64,000 bases of DNA from Anolis carolinensis (lineage: Eukaryota): NCBI RefSeq assembly GCF_035594765.1, contig NC_085842.1:133499036-133563035 (forward strand), read 5' to 3'. A program made the position numbers and the translations under genes. A model generated the notes under the pieces. The model was not told the DNA's origin. It did not search any database and saw only the letters and a program-made list of their open reading frames with translations. Shown piece by piece: positions 48,736-62,639 of the stretch. Position 1 is the first letter of the stretch. Each line of letters opens with the position of its first letter.

Positions 48736-49690
48736 ATGAGATTCATGAAAGGTTACTTTGCAGGCAAAGAGAAAAAAAATCCAATGTGCTGGCTGTATTA
48801 TCCATAGATAATAATTTTTAATATAAATTTTTATTTACATACATTAATAGCTTACAGTATAAACAGAACACACAGATAATAATTAATATATTGTATATAA
48901 TTCATTTTATTGGGTGGGGGTTGATTTCTTGATACTACTACTAAAGGATCTATATACTTAATACAGATGCAGATCATAGCAGTCTACAGAACAGAAACTG
49001 GGTGATTTCGTAGCTTATGCTTGTTCATTGTTGTGCTATATTGTCAATGCATAATCATCCCTTCACATTCACTGGAGTTGCAGGATCCCCACGAAAATGA
49101 AAAACCACCAATAAAAAATGCTCCAGAAATCTTTAGGTCATCCAGCACAATTCCATGGCCAACTTCTGCCAGAGGTTGCACTGGAGGGCCCAGAAATTCC
49201 TAGAGAGAGAAAAAACCCTGCAAAATGTGGAAGGCCAACCATATTACTTGGCAATGCAGCCATATAACTAAATTGCCTTAGTACATTTGTGAAGCCAGAT
49301 TACTCAGACCCAGAGGACCCACTGTTTACCCATAGAGCATCCTGATTTCTATATCTCATAAATTAAGACAGATCAGATGTATCTTTATAATGCAGGCTGA
49401 GTCTGCTTACCATGGTTTTTTGTTTACAGTTGTAGACTTGAGAAGATTTCATTGATCACAATAACTGAGCTATATAGGATAGCATGTAAGACTTTAAGAT
49501 TCTTCATAAGTTACTATAATTTTGCCATATGTGGATAAACCTCTTCTGTGCAAGCTTTTTGGCCTTTTTGTTAAACTTCCAATTCTACCAGTTTTAATAA
49601 AGTAGGCTGTCATTTTTTGGTATAAAGTGCAAAAAGTTTCAGGAATATACTGATCTAGCCTAATGCATCTAATGTTTCCTTTCTTTGCAG

Positions 49691-49790
49691 TGGGAGTCAA
49701 TTTGTTTTATTTCTGTATAATCATTTACCTCTATGGTGATCTGGCAATATATGCGGCTGCTGTTCCAGTTTCACTTATGCAGGTGACCTG
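49691..49790 (+). CDS. TMEM104: TMEM104 coding exon 6 (VGVNLFYFCIIIYLYGDLAIYAAAVPVSLMQVT)
   Basis: YLYGDLAIY motif; tttgcag acceptor and gtgagt donor. Confidence 0.97.
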
Positions 49791-50580
49791 GTGAGTGTAC
49801 TTTTGATGACAACATTTTGTGAAACATCTTGCTGGAATGTTGGATAATGACTTCATTATTTCACATTCATAGCTCTCACTGAAGCCTGGTTCCTAGCCTG
49901 TATGTAAATAGTTTCCACTGTATTTTTCAAATGTATTTCCCAAAGCTAGTGTTCCAATCTAATTTAGCTTTGCTTAGTACAGTGTTAAATCAGTCTAAAG
50001 ACTGATTTCAGCTTTGCCTCTTTGTAGCACAGCAATATTTACCCTGTTAATCATTTAGAGTACTTTATTAAAAGATATCCCTGATTAGCTAGTGAAAAAA
50101 GTGCTTATGCCACCTTGGAGAAGACACCACTGCTTTTTTGCACTGATATGTCTTCCTGTTCTAAGAGGGTAGTTTGATGCAACATATATGTACATCATCA
50201 AAAAACAAAGTAGGCTTTTGTTCAGAAATATTGTGTCTTCTAAAACAAACTAATACAGATTTAACCAATTGAAGCAATTTGATTAAATGACTAATATTGC
50301 TCCCATAAATTTAGCTTAGATGAATGATTATTTCCCCTCTAATGTTGCTGTTGAATATGTCTTTTAAATAGTTCCAGAAAAGTACAATTTTAGATTATAT
50401 TATCATTTTTTTAAAAAAACAAACAAACCCTGCTATTTTCTAATACCCAAAACCATTTCTTTCTCACCAAGCCTTTTTTCTGAACCCAAAATGAGAATTT
50501 AGAAGTTTGAATGAAAAATCTTCTCATATTGTCAGAGGTATATTAATTGTAGTCTGGTATGTTTTTCTCCCCTTTTTCAG

Positions 50581-50689
50581 CAGCAGTAACGTCAATCATT
50601 CATGCAGTGTTGAAGATAGTACGAAGTACAATGATACAGACAAGTGCTGGGGACGAATTAGAAGGATTGATGCTTACAGAATTTATCTG
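50581..50689 (+). CDS. TMEM104: TMEM104 coding exon 7 (CSSNVNHSCSVEDSTKYNDTDKCWGRIRRIDAYRIYL)
   Basis: KYNDTD.CWG and DAYRIYL motifs; N-glycosylation sequons NHS and NDT. Cumulative 642 nt = 214 codons. Confidence 0.96.
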
Positions 50690-53078
50690 GTGAGTATCTT
50701 CAACCAAGACAATTAAATTGATATTAATGCCTCCTTCTTTTAAAAAGACTACAATGAATAGAAAACTGTAACTTGGTAGTCAATTCAGCTAAAAGTAAAT
50801 TATTGATATCAGTTATGGTATCACAGAATGTAAACTGCTCAGAGTGGGTTCACACTGCAGTTGTAGGCATCATGTGAACAGCTTTCAGTTGGCTGCTGTT
50901 GTACATTTCGCTTGTTTTATTGTTTTATGTTATAATAAGCAGTTCTTCAAAGCCAAAATGTTTGTATTGCCAGGGAAGTGATATAGGTCTTATAAAGGCT
51001 TTATTATATCTCATGAATGTATCTTCTTATATTGTAAAAATATGTGCATGGAAAAGGGTGGTTGGATGCTGTGTACAAGAATACATTACCATTTAAGAAG
51101 GACAACCTTTTTCTGTAGTTGGCTTTCTAACAAATGCCCTTTTATCAAGACAACATTGTCTCCATTGGTCACATTCTCTCTAATGCGTATAGATGGAAGA
51201 CTACTATGTGAGGATTTTTCTCTTGACTCTGTTACTTATATGTGTGTGCTAATTTTTGGAATTCTTAAGATTTTTTTCTGTTATGGGAGTGTTGTAGTTG
51301 TGTCCTGACAGGGAGAGATATCATAAAATGCTTCTGTCTAGAATTTGCTACTTGGTAACATTTGTTACTTAATAGCACCCAAATATATACAGATTGATTC
51401 CAAGTAAGAAACAGGGGAAACAAATAATACTCAACTTTGTGAATTGTTAAATAAATATTGTTGCTGAGGGCTGATACAAGCACAAGCAGTAGTGGACTAG
51501 CTAGGGTGTCAGCTTGCCCAATGGCAAGTGGGCCCCTTACACATTAGAAAATATGTTTAAAGTAGTAATGACCTTTTAGTAGCTTGAAAATATAATAAAG
51601 GTTCTGTATTATTACTATGTGAAACTATAACTTGCATTGTATTACCATTTTAATGATTTTAATTATATCTTTTTCCACTCACCTGTTTTAAATTTGTATT
51701 TATTTCTTTAAAAATTGAGTGGTTGCCCTCCCACCCTATGGTCTGATTCATTCTGTATGGCCTATAATGTTAGAGATGAACATGGTCATACAATGGTACA
51801 CTGGTGAACTCATGCCAGAATAGATACGTATGGAGGTGATTAGAGAAGATGTTGTGATCCGTGCAAAAGCTGAGGAACAGATTGTGACTAACTGAGTGAC
51901 ATAGTTGTAGGTGGACCCCCTTTTCAATAAAAATATTGACAACCAATATTTTTTTACACTGTCTATTACTGAGCCATGGGTAAATGATAAGGAGAAAATT
52001 ACCTGGTGCATTGTACTCTGTTTTTACCTGAGGGCACACTTGTGTGTGTTTGTGTTAGTTCATTTCCCTGAGCAGCACATCCTTTCCCCCTTTCTAGCAA
52101 TAATAATAATGCTGAAGCAGGAGCTGGGTCTTAGGAATATTAGCAAATGTCACAACCTGGTTAATTATTTAAAAGAAATATTATTGCTTTATTAAACTGC
52201 ATCTAGGTCTGCTTCTTCAAAATTTCCTGCATGATTGAAGATTTTCTAACAGAATTTCCATAACTCTGAGCCACCAGAAGAAACATGACAGAAAAGGCAT
52301 TCAGGCATTAATTACTGCCTGCACCCTCTAGATATTGTACCAATAATTCATGAAAATTATTATAAGGGGAGGAGACTGAAATAGGAGTAGATTTTTGCTC
52401 CGTGTAAGACAAGTTATGTGGTTTTATTTGCTTTGTCTTTGCTTTGTTTTGATGGGTATTTCATAGTTTTTCTGTCTTTTGCCTTTCTAAGCCAGTTTCA
52501 CCATTATTACAGAGTCATGAGTAACTCTTATCTTCTAAATAGCTTCTATTGCATTGTTAAATGAACATGGAAGAGTTGATAAAATTGCACAGATCAGTAA
52601 CAACACCTTACCCATCATTGTCTGCCATTACTTTGCCGCATAGCTTTGAGTTCTCAGAATTGCTAACCTCTAGCCAACCACTTTGATGTGTGATCAGATT
52701 GGGGGCAAAATATGGGCTTGCACTTTCCCTGGCTGCTTCATTTTTCACAGCAAATTGGAGTGAACCATAAAATCAAAGCAGTCCTGTGTTTCTTTGAAAG
52801 TTAGATTCCTTTTACCCCAAATACAACACTAAAGAAATGAAAATTCCCCCTTTTTTTACTGAGCGTTATACCAGGACCTTTTCTGTTAATTTTTCTCTCT
52901 CCTCACTCTCTGTTACTTGTTTCGTGTGTCATACCTAACATTTAGATTTTAAAAAGAGCAGGAACTCCCTTGCTCTTTAATTTTCTAAGCCACTTGAGAT
53001 ATCTTTTTGTCTAAAGGATGAGATATAAATGCTTTAAAGAAATTAGTAAACCTTTATCCAGAACCTATGGTAAGGAAA

Positions 53079-53333
53079 GGTCCCAGGTTCAAACCCCGGG
53101 AGCAGCCGCTGTTAGCTCCAGCTTCTGCCAACCTAACAGTTCGAAAACATGCTAATGTGAGTAGATCACAGGATCTCTGGTAGGAAGGTAACGGTGCTCC
53201 ATGCAGTCATGCTGGCCACATGACCTTGGAGGTGTCTACGGACAACGCCGGCTCTTCGGCTTAGAAATGGAGATGAGCACCAACCTCCAGAGTCAGACAT
53301 GACTGGACTTAATGTCAGGGGAAACCTTTACCT
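53079..53333 (+). mobile_element. 5'-truncated Sauria SINE
   Basis: Sauria body and ggggaaacctttacct tail; 13-bp TSD tatggtaaggaaa at 53066-53078 and 53334-53346. Confidence 0.85.
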
Positions 53334-53910
53334 TATGGTAAGGAAAAATAGATGCTGCAAAGGGCAGGGAAGATGAGACTTTATTAGCGAAATGATTTGA
53401 TAAAGAAGACTGAAGCGAGAAGTGGTGCAATGAATTGGATGATTAAAAGGGATTGATTCAATATGGGAGGTGAGATCCAGAGGGTCTATTGGTGGATCAC
53501 TGTCCAGAGGTGGAAACAGGAGAGGACAGTTCTCTGCAACATAACCCCCTCCCTCAGGTGTGCTCTCATTCTTGCTGTAGAGGGCTAGAAAAACACATGC
53601 AGCAGGATTTTGAGCAGTATTGGAGGACAGCAGGAAAAGGGGGGAAAGACTCACTGTGCTAGTGTACATGTTATTGGGTTTAAGCCACTAATTTGAAAAA
53701 CTGTTAGCTGAGTCATTCATTGTTGGTTTGTAGTAGTAGCAGCAGCAACACTTTTTTATTATAAGAAATTTATATTGAAGCTCGCAGAGATGTTGTCTGC
53801 AATCACAGAATTCCTTTTCGATAGTGTGAATGGACTGGATTTTTTTTGTTTCTAAAATATCAGCCAGGTTTCTAGGAAGGTCTGGCTGCAGTTGTTCGGA
53901 AATTATAAAG

Positions 53911-54052
53911 NNNNNNNNNNNNNNNNNNNNNNNNNNNNNNNNNNNNNNNNNNNNNNNNNNNNNNNNNNNNNNNNNNNNNNNNNNNNNNNNNNNNNNNNNN
54001 NNNNNNNNNNNNNNNNNNNNNNNNNNNNNNNNNNNNNNNNNNNNNNNNNNNN
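53911..54052. other. Assembly gap
   Basis: Run of N. Confidence 1.
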
Positions 54053-54694
54053 CCTCGGAATCAAGCATATTGAGTACTTTGACCAGAAATGGAGAGGATA
54101 TGCTGAGGGACTTTGAGTTTAAAGCAGATCCTATAATTCATCTGTCATTTTATGTATGGATAGATTTGTTTTGAAAAGAACCATTCTGACTAGTTATTAT
54201 GTATTCTGCACTATTGGGTTTTCCTTCAGAACATGGTGGTCTTATGATCTTATTGCTGTACTTGTTGCTTTTAATTTATGTTGTTTACCAATGTTTTGCT
54301 ATTTTAATGTTAATGTTGATTTTCATGTGCACGGTTTTTGTTATTTGATGCTTTAGGTTTTTTATTGTATTGGTCTGGGCTTTTGCCCCATGTAAGCCGC
54401 CCCAAGTCCCTATGGGGAGATGGAGGCGGGGTATAAGAATAAAGATGATGATGATGATGATTATTATTATTAGTGCACATGAGCAATAGCCTCTCTAAGA
54501 TGCTTATTTTATTTTATAATAGAAAAATAGTTTGGGATACTTCAGTGAAACGATGTCTCAGTGATGCCTCTTTTTGACTACCTGCCTATTCTTCAGATTT
54601 TTCCAGAACACTATAAACAGTTGCCACTACCCATTTTGAACAATGATTTCATAGTGCATACGCATTTCTCATCAGTTGGGCTTCTATAGCCAGG

Positions 54695-54923
54695 AAAACC
54701 AAAGCTCATAAGATGTTTGTCTCTCTGGAGATAGTTACAGTTCTGCTTTAAAGCTGACAGTAACCACAACTGCTGAATGAATTGGACACTTTTTCTCTTA
54801 CAAGAGCTTTATTCTCTCCCTTACAAAAACTCTATTTTTCTTCATTCCTGTTCCTGCCCTTTTCATTGTAGTAATACATTTCAAGTGCTGCAGCTTTTGA
54901 GCTGGAAAAGAAAAGAGTGACTG
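54695..54923 (+). repeat. Left copy of a 229-bp direct duplication flanking the L1
   Basis: 226/229 identical to 58692-58920. Confidence 0.95.
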
Positions 54924-57900
54924 GAAGAGCACATTGATGTATGCCTACTTCAGGAAACACACAAAGGATGGGATAGAACAAAATTGTTAAATCTAAATAG
55001 ATGGGAACTACAATATGAATCCCAGGGGTCAAATAAGTCTAGAGGAGTGGCAATATTAATAAAGGATATACATAGATTTGAGTTAGAGAAAAAAATCGTA
55101 GATAAGGAAGGAAGATTCGTGATGATAAGGGGAAAGTTAAACAATAATGAAACCACTATAGTAAGTATTTATGCCCCTAATAAAAATCAGCTAGGATTTA
55201 TACAAAAGTATTGTGCTAAAATTGAAAAACAAGCAAAAGGAGATATAATAATAGGGGGAGATCTTAACATGGAACTATATAAACAAACAAAAAAACAGGG
55301 TGGAACCCAGGTAAGCCTGAATGCAAAATCAATTTCAAAAAGTGGAACCTCATAGAAGTGCATAATAGATTGGGAGTGGAGGCAAATACCCCAACCTTTT
55401 ATTCCCATAGGCATACAAAATTCACTGCAATAGACTACTTCATAGTTGGAATTAATAATTAAAGACAAATAAAGGAGATTAAAGTGGGGAACGACTGGCC
55501 AGGAGATCATGCCCCCCTCCTGTTAAAATTAGGAAACCCAGTAAGGAAGCCACCGAGGAAATGGATATTCAACCCCAAGGTAACATTCAATGAAAAGGAT
55601 AAACAGGTCATTAAACAACAGATTCAAGAATTTTTTCGATTTAATAGACAACCACAAATAAAAGAAGAGACTTTATGGGATGCTTTTAAAGCAACCATAA
55701 GGGGCACTTGCATCTCATTGGAAATAGGGATCAATAGGAAAGAAAAGCATACATTTGACAAATTAAGATTAGAGACTGAGGACGCATTCCTACGATTCCA
55801 AAAAAATCCAACAGTAGATAATAAGACAAACTGGAAAGAAAAAAAAAGCAATTGGAGAATTTAGATAAAATAGAGACCACAAAAAATACTTATGGGTTAA
55901 AAATGACTATCAAATCAATTCAATTAATAATTCGAAGAGATTGGCCAGAGTCCTAAAATCAAAACAAGCTAGAAACAGAATACTTAAGTTGAAAGATGAT
56001 AGAGGACATTTGAGATCTACAGAGGAGGAAATCAGGGAGATTATGGCTCATTACTATGAAAAACTTTACGAAGGTAAAGAGTCAATCAAACAAGTAGGCC
56101 TCTTGGAAAAAATAATAAATTCACAGGCAAAATCTAATCTAAATAGTACAATAACTAAAACAGAAATTGAACAAACAATAGAAAGTCTAAAAATAAATTC
56201 ATCACCTGGGCCAGATGGCTTTACAACAAACTTCTATAAAATATTTAAAGACGATATTACCCCCAACCTTTTTACACTGTTTAATGAAATAATGGAGACT
56301 GCGGACTACAAAATATTTACTAAAATATTAGCAAAAAGACTGAGAGATATAATACCGGATATAATTAATGAAGATCAATACGGATTTGTAAAAAACAGGA
56401 AATTAGCGGACCCTATAAGGAATATTTTGAACATTTTGAACCATGCCACAGGAAAAAAATCTAAAGTACTTATATTAAAATTGGACTTTTGCAAAGCATT
56501 CGACTCAATAGATCACAAATATTTGAACAGACTCTGCGAGGAATGTAATATGGGGGGGAAAGTGTGCAAGGTAATAAAAGAACTATATAGTGAAAACAAA
56601 GCAACTATCTCAGTAAATGGGACACAAACCAGACAAATAAATATTAATAGAGGAACTAAACAAGGATGCCCCCTTTCCCCGGCCCTATTTTCATTAGCCA
56701 TTGAACCTTTAGCAAACCTAGTAAGGAATAACCCGGTCATTAAAGGCTATAAGGTGGGCAAGGAAGACATTAAGATTAATTTATATGCTGATTACGTTAT
56801 GATAATTTTAGGGGAGGTGGAGGAATCACTACAATCATTAGTCAAAACAGTTAAAAACTTTGGAAAAACTTCGGGCCTCACAATAAATTTAGGCAAATCA
56901 GAGATATTACATAAAAATTTAACATGGGAAGAGCTCAAGAAGGTTCAAAACATTATGGGAGTAAAATTGGGGAAAAAGAAGATGAAATACCTAGGAGTGG
57001 ATATGCCAAAAAACATCAACAATATCATACAAATGAACTATAATCACCTATGGAAAAATATAAGCAAACAAATTATTACATGGGGAAAGAAATTCCAAGA
57101 CATATCTACAAGGCTAAAAATCTATAAGATGAAGATCTTGCCCAAATTTTTATTCTTGTTCCAAACCCTCCCGGTGAATATTCCTACCAATTTGTTGAAG
57201 AAGTGGGATAACTCTATCAAACAATGGGTAGTGGGAGGAAACAAAAATAGAATTGCCAACTTTTTATACTATAGTAAACAAGAAATGGGTGGTTGGGGAG
57301 CTCCCTCGTTGGGAATATACTACGAGGCAAGCCAGTTAGCGAGGCTATTAGAATTCGAATTGGAAGGGTCAAAAAAATGGGTGCAAATAGAAAAGGAAGC
57401 AAATAATTGGCAAAGGGGAACATTATTGGGAGAGAGAATTGATAGAAAAGACTTAAAGAATTTAAAAGCGGGCCCTTGTTTTTCAATGTTGTTAATCTGG
57501 AAAAAATGGCAAAATAAATTACAAATAAATAAAATTGACCCTTTCCCACTAGAAACATTGGAAAATAAGGACAAGACATTCACAAATCTAATTAGGGCAC
57601 TGAAGGAAAACGGTTTCAAAAGGATTGGGACATCATGAATCCCAAAGGAGAAATACTAAAGTGGAATAAAATAAAAGATAAATGTGGTCAAGGGAACTGG
57701 ATAGCATGGTTAGGTCTGTCCAGTAAAGCCCAGGCCATGAAAAGAAGAGAAGTTGTTGAAACCCCACTGGATAGAATAATTAAAAGGAAAATAGAAATAG
57801 ATAAAGGAATAACTGGGCTATTGTATGATGTACTAATCACATTAACTTACAATACAAAGATAACCATTATAGATAATTGGAAACAGGAAAAAAACTTCAC

Positions 57901-58691
57901 GGAGAAATTAATTGGGACTTGGATTGACAATATTCCTAAAATTAAGCATATAAGGATTAAAGAAACACAAAGGAAAATAATATCTAAATGGTATAGAACC
58001 CCACTCCAAGTAGCACATATAACGGGAAATACTTCAAATAAGTGTTGGCATAACTGTGGGGAAATAGGTACATTTTCCCACATGTGGTGGGACTGTAGAA
58101 AAACTCAGAACTTCTATAGAAAAATAAGAAAAATAATGGAAGAAATAATAGGGAAAGAATTAATATGGCACAAAGCTAGATACATGTCTCTCACAGTAAA
58201 GGTAAGGGAAGATAATAACTGGACAGAGATTCTAAAATATATGACAGCCGCAATACAAGCCACGATAGCCCGAGGATGGAGGGATGATACAAAATGGGAT
58301 GTAGAAACCTGGTGGAGTTATATATCAGAATATATAATTAACGATTTCATCATTCAAAATAAAAATATATATACAAATAGCCTAAAAGATCAAGACTGGT
58401 TAAGGAAATGGACTGTTCTAATCGACAAAATAGATGGAGACGAAAGATACCGCACCTTGAACCAGGCGTTCCACACGATTAAACTGATGTATTGACAATT
58501 TTGAATGGCTGTTCCAGGGGGGTGGGGGGTATGGGGGGAGGGTGGGGGTGGAGGGTGAAACATTTCTAAGAACTGTTTAAAATGTCATTTAAGAAATAGT
58601 TACGTTTGGAACAATGTATACTGAAATAAGTTATGTATGGCAAAAATAGTTAATTGTTATGATGTATCAAAAAGAAATTTTAAAAAAAAGT
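54924..58691 (+). mobile_element. 5'-truncated, inactivated L1 (ORF2 EN-RT-CCHC plus 3'UTR), sense to TMEM104
   Basis: EN motifs DVCLLQETH, SIYAPN, GGDLN, DHAP; RT motifs SPGPDGF, LDFCKAFDSI, GTKQGCPLSP, YADY; zinc knuckle CWHNC...HMWWDC. Frameshifts between ORF segments; G-rich 3'UTR at 58517-58555; A-tail at 58682-58689. Confidence 0.95.
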
Positions 58692-58920
58692 AAAACCAAA
58701 GCTCATAAGATGTTTGTCTCTCTGGAGATAGTTACAGTTCTGCTTTAAAGCTGACAGTAACCACAACTGCTGAATGAACTGGACACTTTTTCTCTTACAA
58801 GAGCTTTATTCTCTCCCTCACAAAAACTCTATTTTTCTTCATTCCTGTTCCTGCCCTTTCCATTGTAGTAATACATTTCAAGTGCTGCAGCTTTTGAGCT
58901 GGAAAAGAAAAGAGTGACTG
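58692..58920 (+). repeat. Right copy of the 229-bp direct duplication
   Basis: Begins immediately after the L1 A-tail. Confidence 0.95.
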
Positions 58921-61299
58921 ACATAAAATCCCATTTCATGCTATGTGCCAAAAGTCCTGGAAATAGTATCTGTTTCTATACTTCAAGAATGGAAACGGAA
59001 TGCCATGTACGTAATGAGAATATTTAGACAGATTAAGTTGTTCTCTGATGAGTTGCCTGCCTGCATTTTTAATGTTGCTTCTTAGACTCCAGCACACCTA
59101 AATGTGTCTGTACTGTCTGCGCACGATGTGCACGGCCTACATTAACCTTCGTCCTGCACAAATTTCAGTGTTATCTCTCTTGTAAATTACCTCTGGAAGT
59201 ACAGCCTTGCAAAAATAAACAGGGAATAGAAAACGTTGAGATGCTTGAATTGATCACATTCCCCCACCCAAGACATATAATTTTAGGCTCTATTCTGCTT
59301 CCATTATTTTGAAAGAAAGAAATGGATTGTGAATTTGAATTGTTCAGTTAGGGCATATTATGGTATGATCTTTGAAATTCAGCTGGGGGATCAATTGGTG
59401 CGAATTGCTATTTTGCATTGTCTAGTGACTTTAGCAAGACAATTTTTTACAGTTAAAATAGTGTTGCCATGTTTTCTGATCACTAAGTCTTGTTCTTGAA
59501 AGCCAAAGTGATCTAACTCTCGGCTATCACATAACAAGAGAAACTGTAGATGTAGATGACATGTAGATAGCTCGCTTGCTCCCCCCTTCCGTTGATTTGC
59601 TTTCTCCATAGCATAAGTTATGATCTGATTCATGGTTAGAAGCTGTTTTGTTAATGTGGTCTTGAGAGAAAACACAAACTGTTTTTTGCCGGTTTTAATG
59701 CAATGAGAAGGCAATAGACTGCCTAATGCAAAGGGAGTAGCTAGCTGAATTGGATCAAAAGAAAGTTAGTGGGAATAAGGCTTTCAAGTCAAACTATGAT
59801 TTGGTACTATGTTTGAACTGTCCTATTACTCGTGGTCTTAAATTTTATTTCTAGTTCTAAAGTTATATTGCCGTTGATTACAGATCAAGTTCTTCTGTTT
59901 TTGTGAGAGGACAAATTAGACTGAACGTTGCCCAGCTAGATGGTCTGATTCTGGATACAATATGATTACTGCAAATGTAACTTCAGTTCTGCACCAGAGT
60001 GGCTTTAATTTCTCTCTGTTATTCAGCTAGCTGAATAAGACTCAAGTTGAATTGGGTATACAGTAAATTGTGGAGGTTCTCAAGGTAAGGGGAGAGAATA
60101 GTGATTTAGAAGAAAGCATTCCATGCAGAAGATACTGTCTCCAGGTTGGCTTGTGCTGTTTGAGACATCGAGGTACATCTGTTTTGTCAGGTTTTGAGCT
60201 GAGGATTTTTAGCTAATAGGACAGGGACTGGAATCCATGTATACAGGTTCACAGATGCTGCAATTTTACAGGGAGCCCAGCGGGTGCAAGCTGAGCAAAG
60301 ATGGGAGCACAGATGGTTTAATAGAGATTATCCCCGTTGGAAGCATGCTAACACAGTGAATAAAATGAGGGCTCATGAGCACTTACCGATTCTTTTTCGA
60401 AAGGGACAATGTCACCCCAGCTTTACACTGTATTGAGCAAGTAGAACCCTGTCTGTTTGAGGCAATCCTAGTTTTATTTATATAATCAGAAAGCAACAAA
60501 TGTTGAAATGCATTATCCATTAGGGGTGCCTTTTTATTTTCTCTGGATTGTATTTCCTACCTGAGACTTGGGATGAGTTAAATGTATCCATATATTGCAG
60601 TCATTATCTTCACATTGGACAATTCACACTATAGAATGATAATGCCATGACTCCACTTCAGTTGCCATGGCTGCCTCCTATGGAAACTTTGAAATACTCT
60701 GATGCCTCTAACCAAACTACAAATCTCAGAATTCCATTGGAGGCAGGCATAACAGTTAAAGTAAAATCATGATATTATAATAATGTTGTTGTGTGAATGA
60801 GCCTCATGTCCAGCAAGCATTGTATGAGAATATTCCTTTTTAGCCTAATGGTCCTTGTCTATTTACTGACTCTCTTTCTCTCATTGGCAATATCTGTGAA
60901 TTTTATGGACTGCCTATCTCACATCAAGTGCCATATACCAATTCAGTAGATGTTTGACTTTGAAAAGGAAAGCTGCCAGTACTCATGCCACTTCTAAGGC
61001 TGGGGGTCTTATAACAACTATTAAAGATTTTTTCACATTTTTTCACTGGTGGACATTACCTACGGTAATTGTTAGTACTGTTAAGAGGCCCTTTCTGAAT
61101 TTATTTTGTTCCCTCATTTGGTTAGTGGTCAAAAGAGGTCGTTGTGGAGAGGTTTAAGCCTGTAAATTGCAAAATTTTAAAATCTGTATTTTGGGATGGA
61201 AGACCTTGTTCCCCCTTTTTCAAGTACCATACCTCAATCCCATTAACCACAGACCGGGGTTAGGACAGAAAAGATGGTATATCTTCATGTACGAATGTT

Positions 61300-61400
61300 A
61301 GATGGATGGCCACTGGTCAAGAGTGGTTTGTGTGTTCTTGCATGGTAGGATGAGATTGGACTGGATGGCCCTTGTGGTTTCTTCCAACTCTATGAATCTG
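61300..61400 (+). mobile_element. CR1 3' end fragment
   Basis: ggatggccactggtc...ttggactggatggcccttgtggtttcttccaactctatga. Confidence 0.65.
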
Positions 61401-62639
61401 TCTTCATACGGAGCAGAAGTTCCCAAACTTATTTGGCTTTCCTCCCCACTTTCAGGAAAAAAAACAACAACTCAGTACCCCCCTTCTTTAAGCAAACAAA
61501 CATACGGATGCAGTGACACATTTGCATTATTTTATGTATATATTTTCCTACATCTTACAATATGGTAAAGATGTGGTTGTAAATAAGACACCTTGAAGCA
61601 TGAAAGTATAAAATGATTCATTAATCATGGGTTTCCACTTTTCTGTAATTCCTTCACCTCTAAGACTTGCACATATGGAGGATCAACTGTATTTAGAAAT
61701 GGCGGGGAGGAGGCTTATTTATTTCAAGTTATAGCAATGATTTCCCTAGTAGTTGGGGATATCTAAGTTCCGTTGCTTCTATTTGTATGAGTGGACCCTT
61801 TGAGAAAATATAAGTATTTGGAAAAGTTGGGGGGGTATTTATCTCAAGTTGTAGCGAGATCTCTCTAATAGTTGAGAGAGTCTGAATTCTGTTCTATTTG
61901 TTTAGGTTCTCCCTGTGTTTGCTTACATCTTTGGAGACTCCTTTTTTGTTTTGTTATTTGCTTTATGAAAGTGTAAGCCTCCAAAGGCAATCTGTCTTCT
62001 TTGCATGTTAACACTAATTGGCATGGCTATTATCACTATTTAACCCAAATGGCCCTTGTACAGGGGGCAAAGCTGACTGAATGAAGCTTTTCCAGAGAGT
62101 GTGGTTTTATAGCAGTTATTCCATCTGGCTCTGAGTGAAGCCTACTTTAACAAATCTACTTTGATCTGAAGAGAGGAAAGACTGACATAAATTCAAAGAG
62201 GCCTTCCTTCATGATATGCCAGAACTAAAATGCCACCTTCTCCAGCAAAGAAAATGCTACAAAACAGGCAAATTTGATCAGTGGTCTGATAGATATTATA
62301 AATATGTAGTAAATGTGCCAAGAAAGTTACAACTGGTTGAAGCTTCCAAACAATGATTCTGTATTTTTTAGCCCTGTAAATACTGTCTAAATATTACTGG
62401 AATTACTTGGTTGGCATGTAGTGGAAATGGTGCAATTCATTTTTTATTGTATCATACAAAACAGGTTTCAGATTTGAGCTATTGATATTTGTGCTGCCCT
62501 TTGCTGTAGCAACAAATGTAGTCCTTGTTCCTTTGACTGTTATCTTTCAGTGGAGAAATAATTTTCTAAACTAAGTATTGTTAACGAGCAATTTAGAGCA
62601 GCATTGGATAGTGAAATCCAAGCTGTGGGTTAAGCCTGG

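Noticed and set aside
58517-58555. G-quadruplex-forming tract as a novel element
   Set aside because: G-rich tracts are a standard feature of L1 3'UTRs.
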